Below, piece by piece: positions 10,199-23,758 of a DNA stretch of 64,000 bases. Source of the stretch: Vairimorpha necatrix. Taxonomy: Eukaryota. The translations under genes and the position numbers were made by a program. The stretch is taken from the NCBI GenBank assembly GCA_036630325.1, contig CP142731.1, positions 496,001-560,000 of the forward strand, given 5' to 3'. Positions within the stretch are counted from its first letter, which is position 1. The number at the start of each line of letters is the position of its first letter. The notes below the pieces were generated by a model that saw only the letters and a program-made list of their open reading frames with translations, was not told where the DNA came from and ran no database searches.

Positions 10199-13100
10199 CT
10201 AGTGTATACAGACCCGTTCTTAGAACGGGTTGTTTGTGTTTGCATTGGTACGTGTTTCTTTATATTACAATCTCAATTAAAAAAATGGCATAGTTTTTGT
10301 ACGCTCACGGCGCATTTTATCATCTTTTATCTCATCCTTATTGGAAGAAAAATGGCATAGTTCTTGTACGCTCACGGCGCATTTCTCCATCTCTTGGCTC
10401 TTATGGGCCAATTAGTTCACGTAGAACTACATTTTTGACATTGCCCCTGTTTCCCCCCAACTTGATCCTCAAGTTTTCACTCTTCTTCACTCTTGACAAA
10501 GCTACGTATAATTGACCATGAGAAAATACATCCTCAGGCAAATACACTCCCACTTTGTCAAAAGACTGTCCCTGTGCTTTATGTATTGTCATCGCATATG
10601 ACAATACCACAGGAAACTGTCTTCTTTTAAGTACAAACGGAAGAAGAGTGTCACTTGGCATCATATCAATCTTTGGTATTACGGCAAGGGTGCCCCTTCC
10701 CCTTCCTGTTATTATCTCACCTAAGATGTAATTATCTCTGAGACCTCTTATCTTCAATCTTGTCCCATTTAATAATCCATTCTTAGGATCAATATTGCGT
10801 AACAACATCACTATTGCCCCTATCTTCAATACTAACTTATGTGGAGGTAGTCCTGATGGCTGTTGCATGTTCAAGAACTCAAGAGGAAATCTCAGTTGTT
10901 CTTCGATATCCTCTGATTCTATAGCATCAGAACTCATATATACCCTCGAAGATCCATTAAGAAGGTTTAACACTTTGGCATTCAATTCATTTGCATGTTC
11001 ATTTTTGCTCGTTAAGATAATCTTATCAAACAAAGAATCATCACCTGCTTCAATTTTGATTGTATCAAAAATGCTATCGACTATGTCCCCTTCTTCAAGA
11101 TATTCTTTGGGTATCTCCACACATCCTTTACTATCTCTAGTACGCCCCTCACCTATATCTAACAACCATTTATTAAACTCCAATTGATTATAAGATCTCA
11201 TATTCGTTTCAAGCTTTAGTACACAGACATGTACCCAAAGTCTTGAACTAATTAATGAGTTCTCGATGATATCATTTGGAGTACCTTTCATTACAATGGT
11301 TGATGTCTGTCTAAAGTCACCACCCAACAATAGAGTTTTCCCTCCAAATATATCATCATTGTCACAGAGTCTTTTAAGCACCTCATCTATTGCGTTCAAT
11401 GCATGTTTTGACATCATCGAAACTTCATCTATTAGCAATAAAGAGGCCTTTATTATTCTCTCTGCTTCTGGAGTATTTTGCTTTAGTCTAGATACGCTGG
11501 TCTCTGTCAAAGGAACAGGAAGTTTCATACAACTATGCATTGTTCTTCCATCCTTTAATAAATCTGCAGCAATACCTGTGGTTGCCATCTGTATTGAAGA
11601 TTTTTTACTCTTACTTAGATACTCGATCAGGACATTATATAAATATGTCTTCCCCGATCCTGCTGGTCCATCTAAAAAGAATACATTGCCTCTTTTATCT
11701 ATATTATCTGTAATTATATTAAACGCATTTTTCTGGTTTTCATTCAAAGAGGATATCATCTGATCTAGATCTTGTTCATTATCAAAGATAGTTTTTGCCT
11801 TCACGATATAGTTAATCGGCTCATCTAAACCCAGAGCATTTAAGCTCCATCCATGAGCATTAACTATATCTTTTAATCTACTTAATATTTCGTCTCTACT
11901 ATTCTGATAAAGATCTTCAGACATATCTCCAAGATACTTCTCAAAGAGTTCTTTGGTATTTTTAGGCTTATTGAAAGCACAAATATATCCAAACAATGCT
12001 CTTATTATTGATGGGGACTCGGTTGATACAGCCTCATCCAAAGCCCTTTCCCATTCTTTATCATCTTGAAGAAGTCCTCTTTCTTCCACCGCTTCTGCAA
12101 AAGAACTGTAAACTACACCATTTACAGTTCTCAAATCCTCATATGACTTAGCCCCCTTTACATTGATCAATAGGACTCTGAGGCCAAATCTTTCCTTCTC
12201 TATTGGAGATACAGAATAAAGTCTAGTAATTATCTTACTATACTTATTCTTTCTCCTGATCCATTCTCCCCTTTTATATGTATAGTGATAGGGTATCTCA
12301 CTATACGAAAATTGATGTGCTCCTTCATCAACTTCATTCAATTTGAAGTAGGCTAAAAGAGGAGTCTGTCTAAGATCAGACAATCTAACAGCTTCCTCTT
12401 CTCTGCCTTCTTCGAAAGTGATCAATTGTTCTTGTGGAAGATGCACAGGAAGTCTATGGATCTTATGAGATCTTCCATGCATCTTGTATTCCATTAATCT
12501 CCAGGTAGCCTCTGGTGCTGAGACATATCTGGAATTCACAAAATGATCAATTTCATTATTGTCTGTTATTCTCATTTCAGCACAATCAAATCCTTTGTAA
12601 ATATACTTGAAAATATACTTTACTGACTTGATAGAAGTACAAACTTCTACATTGATATGACAGTTGTATTTTTCAAGCAAATAAGCATTATAGGGGACCA
12701 CGTTAGCATTAGTAACAATGTTGCCCCTTATATTGTACTCGACACCCCTTATTCTTCGGTACTCAGGATATCCGTCATTATTAATCTTTGTTTCGTTATT
12801 ATATTCCTTAGGATATTCCTTAGTGCAGACACCATTTTCCATGCATGGACTTGTCAAGTTATTTAGTCCACATGGGCCATGAATCATGTGTTTTGTTACA
12901 CAATTGTGTAACATCTCATTTTCCATAGGCGATGGTATCTCTGCACTTACGTATTTATCGATCTTATTTTCATCCCGAATCTTGTCCTTTAACATTATTA
13001 ATATGTGAGCATGAGGAAGTCCACGTTTCTGAAACTCAATAGAGTAGACATGGGCTACGACTTCCCCAAATACTCTCCCCGACAAAATCTCCTCCATCAT

Positions 13101-16100
13101 ACTTTTTAATTTCATGTTGAAGACCTTTGCTACCAAATCTGGTCTATCAACTGCTGTTTGTCCTTCAAAAAGATTTTCCTTGATCTCCTTCCAGTTTGGA
13201 TTGCAAGTCATAGTAATAAAAAGATCAGGCTTGCCGAAACTTCTTACAATTGACATTGCATCATGATATCTCTCTCTCATATTTCTCGGAGATCCTTGGA
13301 AACTTGATGGTAAGATCACGGGCTTGGCAGAACTTTCTGATCCATTATTTACATAATCTACTAAGCCTTTGTAAAGATCTACTCTCAACTTCTTCTGATT
13401 TAACTTTATGAAGTTTAAGTTATTTGCTTCAACTTGTAAATATGGTTAAGTTCTCGACTTACCCCCCCCCCCCCCCACCCCTAAAAAAAATAAAAAAGGG
13501 GAAAAAATAAAAAAAATAAAAAATTTGACCCATAATGAGAATTAAAGAATTTAGAAAACTCATCTATAAAAAAAATGAGTTAATGCAATTTTTAATTGCA
13601 AAAAACATTTTGAGGGTCCCTATGTGCAATAAATGCAATATACCAATGACTCAAAATCGGACAAACACTGAAAACTATCGTTGTTATTCAAGACGTGATG
13701 GTAAAAAATGTTCTAACAAAGGAACCATAATAACAAAGCGTTTTTAAGAACTCAAAATTGCCTATTGAGGATCTTTTAATATTGCTTTGCGAATGGGTAA
13801 AGGGTTCAAGTAATTTGGCCGCCACGTTAGAACTTGATATAGGTAAATGTACGGTATCAAGATGGTTTACGCGTTTTAATAACGCCGTGTACGTCTCTTA
13901 TTCAACATATATAAACAATCAAACGATTGGCGGCGTCGGTTGTATTGTTGAAATTGATGAAACTTTACTTGTAAAAAGTAAAAACCATGCGGGAAGGGTT
14001 CTTCAATATCAAGTATGGGCAGTTGGAGGCGTTGTGAGAGGGGATGCAAATTCTTTTTTCTTTGAGATCGTAGAAAATAGAACAAGAGCTACTCTTGTTG
14101 AATTAATTACAAGAAAAATTGCTCCGGGGACCACAATTGTGACAGATTGTTGGCGTGGATATAGTGATATTCAAACAATCTGTGTAGAATATGAGTATCT
14201 ACATTTGACTGTGAATCACAGCCAAAATTTTGTTGATAATATAACTGGTGCGCATACTCAGACTATAGAGGGAATGTGGTCGGTTATTAAAAGAGAACTA
14301 AGAAAAGGCGGAACTAGTCATGGTACTATTATGAATCTTGTAAGAAAGATTTACATTAACAGATTCAAATTAATATATCGTGAAAATCTATTAGATAAAA
14401 TGTTAGAATTTTTTCAAATAGGTAATTTTAGTATTGTAGCTTATGATATTATTCCTGAAATAGATTTTACAATTGTGGAATAATTTCTTTTGTTTTTTTT
14501 GGGGGTAAGGGGGGTTAAGTCGAGAATTAAACGTTTTTTTATTTTTTTTTATTTTTTCCCCTTTTTTTATTTTTTTTTATTTTTTTTTATTTTTTCCCCT
14601 TTTTTTATTTTTTTTAGGGGTGGGGGGTAAGTCGAGAACTTAACCGTAAATATGAATCTACAATCCATTGTTGAAATAACTTTCCTCCATAAAGTAAAGG
14701 ATTGAACTTATCTTTCCTTATAGATATCTGTGCTACTTTATATTGTAGTAAAGATATCTTCCGTGCCTTTCCTAGATAAGACTCCAATCTCAAATTTGCG
14801 TTCCATCCAGCTTCGCCATGTGGATAGAACAAAGTATATGTCATTGGATCTAAATGTGGACTTAAAATATCCAAGTGTAAATTATCTGAATTAAGACCCT
14901 TGCTATATACTTTGATGTCCCTTTCAAATGGTGGTTCTCCATTCGGATCAGTGAAAATCATTGCGATCTCAAAAGTAGAGGGAGCATTATACCTTCTCTG
15001 ATCTCTTTCTAAATTCTTATTAAAGACCATAGAAATGTCTTTAACTTCCTTTCCCAACTCCTTTTGCTCCTTAATTACTTCAGACATATTTTTGTATGCA
15101 TCAGAATATGGGTTTGCTGATCTTATGAATCCATCTAATTTGCTCATGATATTAATATCACAATTTCTGTTAGATAGATTCATCATTCTTTGAGCATTGG
15201 CCATATCACTATCCACTACATATAATTGGGCATATTTCTTTGGTGCATTAGAGTCCATATTATTTACATTATAAGTGTTATGATACACTTGTCCATGTAT
15301 CTTGAATACATATGGTCCATTGGATACAGTTTCTATTTGAGCACCAAGAGAAGCAAAAGAAAGAGCAGCATTGTAGGATCTAATATTTTCTTTAAAGTTC
15401 TTTGCATTTTTGTCTTTCCCAATAAATAAATTCTTAATGTCATCTGGGAAGTCTCTTGTTCTTTGTAAATTAACTTTCCCAAAATGACAGCAGCTTTTGT
15501 ATAATCCATTACTGCTTGCTTCTCCTGCAAAATGTAATGCACCACAAAAGCCACATTCTTCTTTCAGATCTCCACAATAATGTTCGGCATGGTTTCTAGT
15601 ACTGATTCTGCAAGCTACATCTAGAATCTCCGTCAAAGCATCCATCTTAGTGTTATTAATTCTCATGATTGTTTCTTCTGTTTCTTCTGTTTCTTGGGCT
15701 GTTTTGTTTTCGCTAGAGAAACTGAATATAAAATTCCTTTTTTTTGTTTCTCCAGCATTTGTTTTTTTATTTTTTGTGTTATGTACAGATGTATTGGCTT
15801 CATAGAAAACAACATTGTTGTTTTCAGTATTACTACTTATCTCCTGAGAGATAGTGTTAGTTGCTTTGGGTTGTTCACTTGAATCATTTTTTGCTTGATT
15901 TTTTGTAAACATAATGGGGGTAAAGAAAAAAATTTTATTTATAGTTTTTGAAATTCCATTTTGGGAAGGAAGAAAACAAAAAGAAGAATTTGATTTTTTA
16001 GAATTAATAATCTACATTAAATAATATTCTTTTCGAAATTGATTTACAATTTGTTATAAAACTCATTGATATTGTTATTAATGTTTATAATCAATTTTAT

Positions 16101-16689
16101 AGTATTTGTTTGTTTTGACATTTTGATTTCCATTTCTGAAATGAAAAACATAATTCTTACAACATAGAAACAGAAATTATAATATAAATTTAAAAAAGCA
16201 GAGTTATTTGGTGATATTAAAATTTAAAATATCTGTAAATCAAATTATTACAATTGTTATTTTTTTTTTTTTTTGATCTATGATTTTCCATTTCTGATTA
16301 AAGAATTTAAAAGGAGTAAAGATAATTTTTGAAAGAACAAATAAATTATTAAGTTTATAATTGACATTACAATTGGTTTTAAAATTAATAATTATACATT
16401 AATCTAAATAATTCTCAATTTTTAAGCAGTCCATTTTGACATTTTGAATTTTGTTGATTTTTCTTTCTGTTTTTGGACGGAGGAATTAAAAAGGAGAAAT
16501 CAATATTTTTTTCAAAATTGAAAATAAGTTAAAAGTAATAATTGAAAAGTGTATCTGGTCTAAAATTGTCTATAAAATACAATGAAAGCATTTAATTTTG
16601 TTTTAAAACAAAAATTTTACCATTTTAAATTTTCTCTTTTTTTGAGTTTTAGGGGTAAAAAATTAAATAAAATTCTTTTATATATATGA
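10199..16689 (-). mobile_element. Autonomous-type Helitron 2, RepHel (15912-10401) interrupted by a Merlin
   Basis: ORFs 14614-15912 and 10401-13388 are the N- and C-halves of a close paralog of RepHel 1; TC/CTAG ends. Confidence 0.94.
13444..14645 (+). mobile_element. Merlin (IS1016/ISXO2-like) DNA transposon, transposase 13535-14483 frameshifted
   Basis: TIR GGTTAAGTTCTCGACTTACCCC; 8-bp TSD gtaaatat (13436-13443, 14646-14653); VEIDET / VTDCWRGY / HTQTIEGMW motifs. Confidence 0.93.
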
Positions 16690-16824
16690 TATTTAAAAAT
16701 AGCCCCTCACCAAAAAAAAGGATGATGAACCATAAAAATAATAAATCTCAATATAGTAAAAATAACATGTACAAACAACAATTAAATAATCTCATTGAGA
16801 CGTACCTCCGCTTGGGGTACGTCA

Positions 16825-18400
16825 CTAGTTTATAACAGATATTGCATGCTTATTAATAGCTTGAATCATATTCTTACTATATAATTGAGTCTTGCACAGT
16901 TTTTCAACCCTCTGTGGGCTCTCACTTCTTACATTTCCAAAAGTCTCTCTTCTGACAGCACTATAGGCATCTTCTGTTATGCCAAGGTATTTGTATCCTT
17001 GATGTCCTTCTAGTGCTACAGCATCTTCACTCCAATCACTACAGTTAGTTGCAGACTTGCTTCTGTTCATTTCTAAACCTACAGATGAGAAACCCTTTTT
17101 AGTTTCCTCATTCATCAGTTTTAAAACGACAAAGTTCTCTGCGAGGAACTTAAGATCATCAAAAAATAGAAGATGGTTTGTTACATAAACACTTTCGTGG
17201 GTCTGTATTCCTACTTTTAGGTAAGTTGAAGTTAGCTTCCTGCTCAACGGGTCCATACACAGTACAAACAAAAGCGGCGACAAGGAATACCTTTGTAATA
17301 TGCCTCTTCTAATCTTCTTATTCAGTAACATTTTCGATCCTGATTTTATCTCAATGTGACACCTTTTAAAGATGACTGCCATGTCTTGGCGGTAGCTTGT
17401 TGGTTTTTAAAAAGGAAATGTAAATAGATTTACAAGTTGAAGAGTAATTCATATTTATTTAAAAATAATTTTCTAAAATAGTTTTTTCTGAATCATATCA
17501 AATATAATTGGTTACATGACGTATCCGTGCTGGTAAAAATGTTCCAGCACGCTTATAGAATTAATTTTAGTATTTTTAATTGTTTTATTGTTAGGTGTTT
17601 TTGTTTGTTTATTGTTAGGTGTGTAATGTGTGTTTGAGTTTCTGTTCATTGATGCGTCCCTACGACATAATTTTGCTATTTATAGTTGTGGTTCACCAAC
17701 CACTTTTGAATGTTTCAAAATGGACCATTAGCCTTTGTTAAATATCGGCGTGTTTTGAAAACTGCTTGACGTTTCCTTATTGATTGGTCACTCTAGAAAC
17801 ATGTGGTTATACCACATTACACGAGTACCAATTAAAACATTGATCTGAAACGACTATTTCCTTGAGTATAATTGGTAATAGTGATGGTATGGCGGTGACT
17901 TCTAAGAATTTACTTATCCATTGAAAAGATTTAACTTGCTAATACACGTTAATAGATAAGAATGGTCTACGTAGTCGTAGTCTTTCTTAACATCTATCCA
18001 CATGGTCATCAGCTTGTTTCCATGCTCCTTATTGACAGCTATATTAATCATATCTTGTTCTTTTGCTCCTTGGACTTGTCTAACTGTCCCTAGTTGGTCC
18101 TCTTCTAACAGCCCTCTACTTTATACAATTAACTGCATTACTTCGTAGAGCATTTCGTTGTAAGCTTGTGGAGGTTCGACATACGTGTTTTGTTTGAAGT
18201 CATTACCACTAGTGGGGGTACCTTGGGGTATCATATAAATAATCCACCGTAGAACCAAGCTTTGGGTTCTTTCCCATCCAAGCATACTTCTTTAAAAATC
18301 TTGTTAAGGAATGAGTGTAAAACTCCACACTTCTTAATAAAGGGCTGAAGATTCTATCACAGCCCGCAGCCTTCCAATTTGGTAAATATTTAATAATATA
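16825..18400 (-). pseudogene. Degenerate non-LTR retrotransposon RT (R4/Dong-like)
   Basis: Minus-strand remnants LPNWKAAG, WIDVKKDYD, RGILQRYSLSPLLF, HLLFFDDLK, YKYLG. Confidence 0.75.
17517..17816 (-). mobile_element. Solo LTR
   Basis: Minus strand TGTGGTAT...TACGTCA; 5-bp TSD ttaca (17512-17516, 17817-17821); ends resemble element A and the 41615 LTR. Confidence 0.8.
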
Positions 18401-21400
18401 TGTTATATATTCTTATATTTCTGAACCCCAATTATGATAAATAAATACATGGGGGCGATACCGAATCGTGAGCTAACAAGTGTTGGCTGTGGTCAAGAGG
18501 CCAGAAGGTTATTAGAAGAGCTTAAGGGGATTGTTTATGGACTAATATTGTCTGATTATGATTTTGAGAAGAATGTAAAGAAGGAGATTTTTGATCTTGG
18601 AACTGATGAGTTGAAAGAATTTATGGTTAAGAATATTAAGATTGGAGATCATTGGAAAGTTATGGAAACCAAATTAGAGGAATTGGTTAAAGTACAGGGG
18701 GAAAAGGGTATGGGATTACGGGCGCTACTTAAAAAATCGCACCCCCCTAAAAAAATTACATTGACCAATTAAATTTATATAAAAAAAATATTTTTAACCC
18801 TTAAAATTATATTTAAAACAATATTTTTATGAAAATATGAATTTACAAAAGTTAAAATATTTAAAAAAACAGTTATAACATATTATTTAGTTCAAAGATT
18901 TAATTACTTTAACATAGAAAAAATATCAATTATTTTTACGAAGGCCAATTTGATTGTAAATGGTTTTGAATATTCTATATTTCCTTTTTTCCATTAAAAC
19001 TCATCTAACCAACATTTAATTCTTATTTTATTCATTCCTCCACGCTTTCTATAATCATGCTTTAAATGCGACCACATATTTTCTACATAATTTGTATTTT
19101 GTCCTTCTTCATTACAAAATCCCATAGAGTGATTTACCACACTATGGTGAGAACCAAATTCACTTATAGCACGTGGATAGGATGGATAACCATCAGTTAC
19201 TATATCCGTGCCTACTTTTACATATTTTTTTAATACTAGTAAAATCGTTTCCCATTTTCTATTGGGTATTAGTTCCACAAAAAACTCTCTACAATTTCCT
19301 TCCAATACACCTCCTATTATCCACCGAATTCCAGGTTCAGAATCCAATCGACTATAGGGATTCGATACTATAATTCCATTACAAATAGCTGTTTCGTCTA
19401 TTTGTATCCTCTGACCAACTCCACCTATCGTCGTAACAACAGTAGAAGAGTTGGAAATTGTTTCCATTATTATTTCTTTTACAGAAATATATGTTGGTTC
19501 TGAAGTTTCACACATGTTGATAGCCTGAAAATTAGTATATGACAAACACCAACAATAAATGCAACGAAAATTTTTTTTAAATTCAATATCTAAAGATTTA
19601 AATTTAGAACCTTTATTTAATGAACATCTTCGTTTACAAATTTTTTTGCTACATTTGTACCCCTTTCCTTGAGAAAACAAAGATATGTTTTGAATAAACA
19701 TAATTCCTTTGCACTGATCATTAGTACGGGGAATACAAGGATATAACAAGTTGTTCTTCAATCCGTAGTCGATTGCCCTGTCATTATCAGCGAAAATAGG
19801 ATTGTATGTATTGAATTGAAGCATTTCGTCCATCATCCTGTTCATTATAAGGGATAGATAAAATAAAAAAAATTTCACGTTCAAAATACCATTACTTAAA
19901 AATTCGTACCCCCCCCCCGGAAAAAAAATCCTTTAAAATTTGATTTTATCTCATTTTATACCAAATAATTTTTTTTAGTGAACGTATTTTTTAGGGGGTG
20001 CGAATTTTTAAGTAGCGCCAGATTACGGATGATTGAGGAGGTCACAAAGATGGTGGCAGAGGAGATTAGAAATATTAGTAGAGAAGAAAGAATATTTGAA
20101 AAGAGAGGAACAATGAAATGTTATAATTGTTCAAGAATGGATCATAAGAGTCAGATGTGTTATTATAGATATAGAAATGTTAAGAATAAAGACGAATGTG
20201 AGAGTATTAAAGAAGAAGGTAGCAGTAGCTGTGATGAAAGGACTTATAGGAACACATGGGATGCTAAGAGACAAAAGAAACAAGAATGGAAGACATGAAA
20301 TAAAAGATGTTATGATGAGGTAGGAAAGAACGGCCTAACATTAGAAGACATGAGAAAATGGTTTAGGAACGTTTTAGACAACGAAGAAGAGAAAATAAGA
20401 TATTGTAAAATTGAAAAATGCAGAATAAGAACTGAAGAAGGCAAGAAAGTTGTAAGGAAAGGTCAGCAGGTGCCACAAGCGCATAAAGAAGAGCTGAGAA
20501 AATATATTCAGAAGTTAGAGACAAGGAATGTCATAAGAAGATCGAAGTCGGAATTGAGAAATCCGATTAAAGCTCTAGTTAAGCCAGATGGAAGTATAAG
20601 ACTGGTTAGCAATCTCATGGCATTAAATGATTTAGTTGAGAAAGACCCTTATGTTTTAGTAACATTAGGGATATCATAAGGAACACGCAAGGGTCGAAGT
20701 TTTTCAGTGTTATAGAGCTTAAGGAGGCTTTTTATGGAATCGAAATAGAAGAGCAAGACAGGCATAAGACTGCATTTGAGCATGATAAGATAGTATATGA
20801 GTGGAATAGTATGGTCATGGGGTTTAAAAACTCGCTTCAGATCATGCAGAGAATTATGAATAAGATTTTTGAAAAACATTTGGGTGGTAAAACAGAAGTA
20901 TACATGGATGATATAGTGATTCATGCAAAGACTAGAAAAGAACATGATAAATTATTTGTAGAAGCGATGAAATTGTTAGAACGGAATTATGCGGATAAAT
21001 TCAAAGAAAATTCAGTATTGCTAAAAGGAAGTCAAGTTATTTGATGTTACACTAAACGGGGATGATATGATGCCGTCTGAAATCAAGAAAAACGAAGCAT
21101 TAGAGTTTCCAACGCCGCAGAATGTGTCTGACAAAAGTAGATTTTTAGGACTGAGTGGATGGTTCTGAGAATTTACTATAAATTATGCGGAGAAGACATC
21201 ATATATGACTGAAAGTTTAAAGGTAAAAGTAAAGTATGGAATTAGACTGATGATGCGCATAAAGAGTTCGAAAATATAAAAACGTTAAGAAGCATGAGTA
21301 AGTGGAAAATTGTAAACTATAACAAGGAATTCTAATAAGAGTTGGCGCGAGCAATATAAGAATGAGTGCACTACCTATGCAGGAGAATGATAAAGAAAAG

Positions 21401-22839
21401 TGGGTGCCAGTACAATGGGCATCGAAGAAATTTACCCCGACGGAAACTAGATATGGTCTAAGTGAAAAGGAAGTGTATGCCATATATTGGGGAATAAAGA
21501 AATTTGAGTATGAGTTAAGAGAACGAAAATTTAAAGTAGAAACGGATCATAAAGCATTGGAGGAAATAAGAAGAAAGCCGTGTATTAATAATAATAGGAT
21601 TAATCGATGGATCGAAAAGATCCAAGAGTTTGACTTTGAAATAGATTGCAGGAAACCAGAACATATGGTCGTGGCGGATGCTTTAAGTAGGATACACGAG
21701 GAGGTTGATCCAAGAAAAGAAATGATTAAAAAGAAGTGAGCGCCAAACTGAAGGTAAATGGTTGAAGCACGTCGAGACAATAGACGGTAAAGAATTCTGT
21801 AAATTTGATTCGGGGAGGAAAGCATTGATTCCTAAAATAGAAGAAAGAGATGAGCTTATGAGACGTTATCATGAAGAGCATGGACACAGAGGACTAGGAA
21901 GCATGTATTATGCCATGAAGTTTGATTATTATTGGCCAGGAATGAAAGAAGATATAGTGAAAATGATAAAAAGATGCGAGGAGTGTCAATTTTACAATAG
22001 GAAAAAGTCTGGAGGATTGAATTTGTTTCTACAAGCAGGTATTTAGAAAAAGTAGCGTTAGATTTTATTGATTTTAGAGATAAGGGCAAATATGTATTAG
22101 TTGCGATAGATTACCATACGAGGATAGCGTGGGGATGTGTATTATACGATAAGAAGAGATCCTCTGTGGCCCAGTTTATTGAGAACTTATGTAGAAATGG
22201 CAGGAGGCCGAAGGAAATAATAAGGGATAATGGGAAGGAATTTGATAATGTTGACTTTAAAGATTTGTGTAGAAAATTGGATATTACTCATAATAAGGCG
22301 AGTGTCGAGTCTCATAGAAGCAATGGTAGAGTTGAAAGAGTTATAGGAACGCCGAGAGAGCTAATATTGAAAATGAGTAAAGAGACGGCGAGTTTTGAAG
22401 ACATAGTGATGGAAAGCTTTAAAATTTATAATAATAGTTACCATGAAGGTATAAGAAGTACTCCCAATGAAGCGGTAAAAGACAATACGGGAAAAGTGAT
22501 GATATTAAATGGACCAGAAGGAGACTACAGTAAAAGATTTGTTAGAAGATATAGAGTCGGTTTATTGAAGGACAACGAGTAAGGATAGCTAAGAAAGAAA
22601 ACATCAAAGGATGTAATAAATATGAAAAGGGAAGGTTTTTAGACGAAGGTATCATAATAGTGATATACCCTGGGGACTCGTATGTTGTGAAGCTATCTAA
22701 TGGGCGATATGTTAAAAAGAGACATTATGACTTGAAAAATCTGCTTGGGGCTAATGGTGATGTAGGAGACTAACCGTCTTGGAGGAGGGATGTTATATAT
22801 TCTTATATTTTTGATCCCTAATTATGATAAATAAATACA
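18401..22839 (+). mobile_element. Ty3/Gypsy element B, degenerate, 49-bp LTRs
   Basis: LTRs 18401-18449 and 22791-22839 (TG..CA); TSD atata; PBS TGGGGGC; PPT ggaggaggga; YMDD, TDHKAL, NGRVER remnants. Confidence 0.9.
18721..20019 (-). mobile_element. Merlin transposon in gag of element B
   Basis: TIR GGCGCTACTTAAAAA; TSD ggattacg/agattacg; ORF 18994-19884 with IQIDET, VTDGYPSY, NYVENMWS. Confidence 0.9.
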
Positions 22840-22864
22840 ATATATATTTTATTGATGGTTATTC

Positions 22865-23758
22865 GGTTAAATTGCGATGTTACCCCCCCCCCCCCACCCC
22901 TAAAAAAATAAAAAAAAGGGGAAAAATAAAAAAAGGGGAAAAAATAAAAAAAGTGAAAAAAATAAAAAAGGGGAAAAATAAAAAAAAGGGGAAACTAAAA
23001 TTTATTCAATTAATTCAAAATCAAATTCGGGCGCTAAATCGTAATTTAAAAATGATATATTATCAATCTCAAAAAAGCATAGCATTCTTTCAAGTAGTGA
23101 TTCTCTATAAATTAACTTAGAACGAGCTATATAAAGTTTTCGAATGAGATTCATTAAAGAACCATGGCTTGTTCCTTCCTTGCGCAATTCCCTTTTAATT
23201 ACAGATCACATTTATTCAATTGTTTGGGTATATGCGCCTGTTGTTGCATTTATAAAATTTTGGCTATGATTTACAGTTTAATGTAAATAGTTATAATCCG
23301 GACATAGTTCCGAAACCCTTTAATTTTCCGCCAACAATTAGTAATAATTGTAGATCTGGGTGCGATTTTTCGTTTTATTAAATTAAAAAGAGTATTCTTG
23401 ATCGATTTTCAACAATTTCGGAAAAAAAAGAATCGCTGTATTCTCTTACTGCTCAATCAATGGCCCAAACTTGGTATTGAAGGATTCTACCGTAATGATT
23501 TTTACTTTTAACAAGCAATGTCCCGTCTATTCAACTACGCAATTTAAACCTCCTATGGTTTTGTTTTTTATGTAGTTGAAATAGGACAAGAATACAGCGT
23601 TATTAAAACGTTTAAACCAGCGATATACGGTACTACTATCTATATCCAATTCGATAGTAGCCGAAACATTGGTTACCCCTTTTACCCATTCACACAGCAA
23701 AATTAAAAGATCTTCGATATCTAATCTAGAACTTTTAAAAATGCATTGTTTGTAAATG
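22865..23758 (-). mobile_element. Degenerate Merlin (3' TIR and transposase remnant)
   Basis: TIR GGTTAAATTGCGATGTTACCCC; C-terminus similar to the 13758-14483 transposase. Confidence 0.8.

Larger units (their letters stand above)
1..16824 (+). mobile_element. Ty3/Gypsy LTR retrotransposon A; 3' LTR split by a Helitron array
   Basis: 5' LTR 1-221 (starts ~26 nt before the window). 3' LTR is 3924-4044 plus 16699-16824, TG...CA, ~247 bp, with purine tract ggcggagtgggcagga before 3924. Confidence 0.93.

Noticed and set aside
4647-12866. Paired plus-strand ORFs (130, 165 aa)
   Set aside because: Antisense shadows of the two RepHel paralogs.
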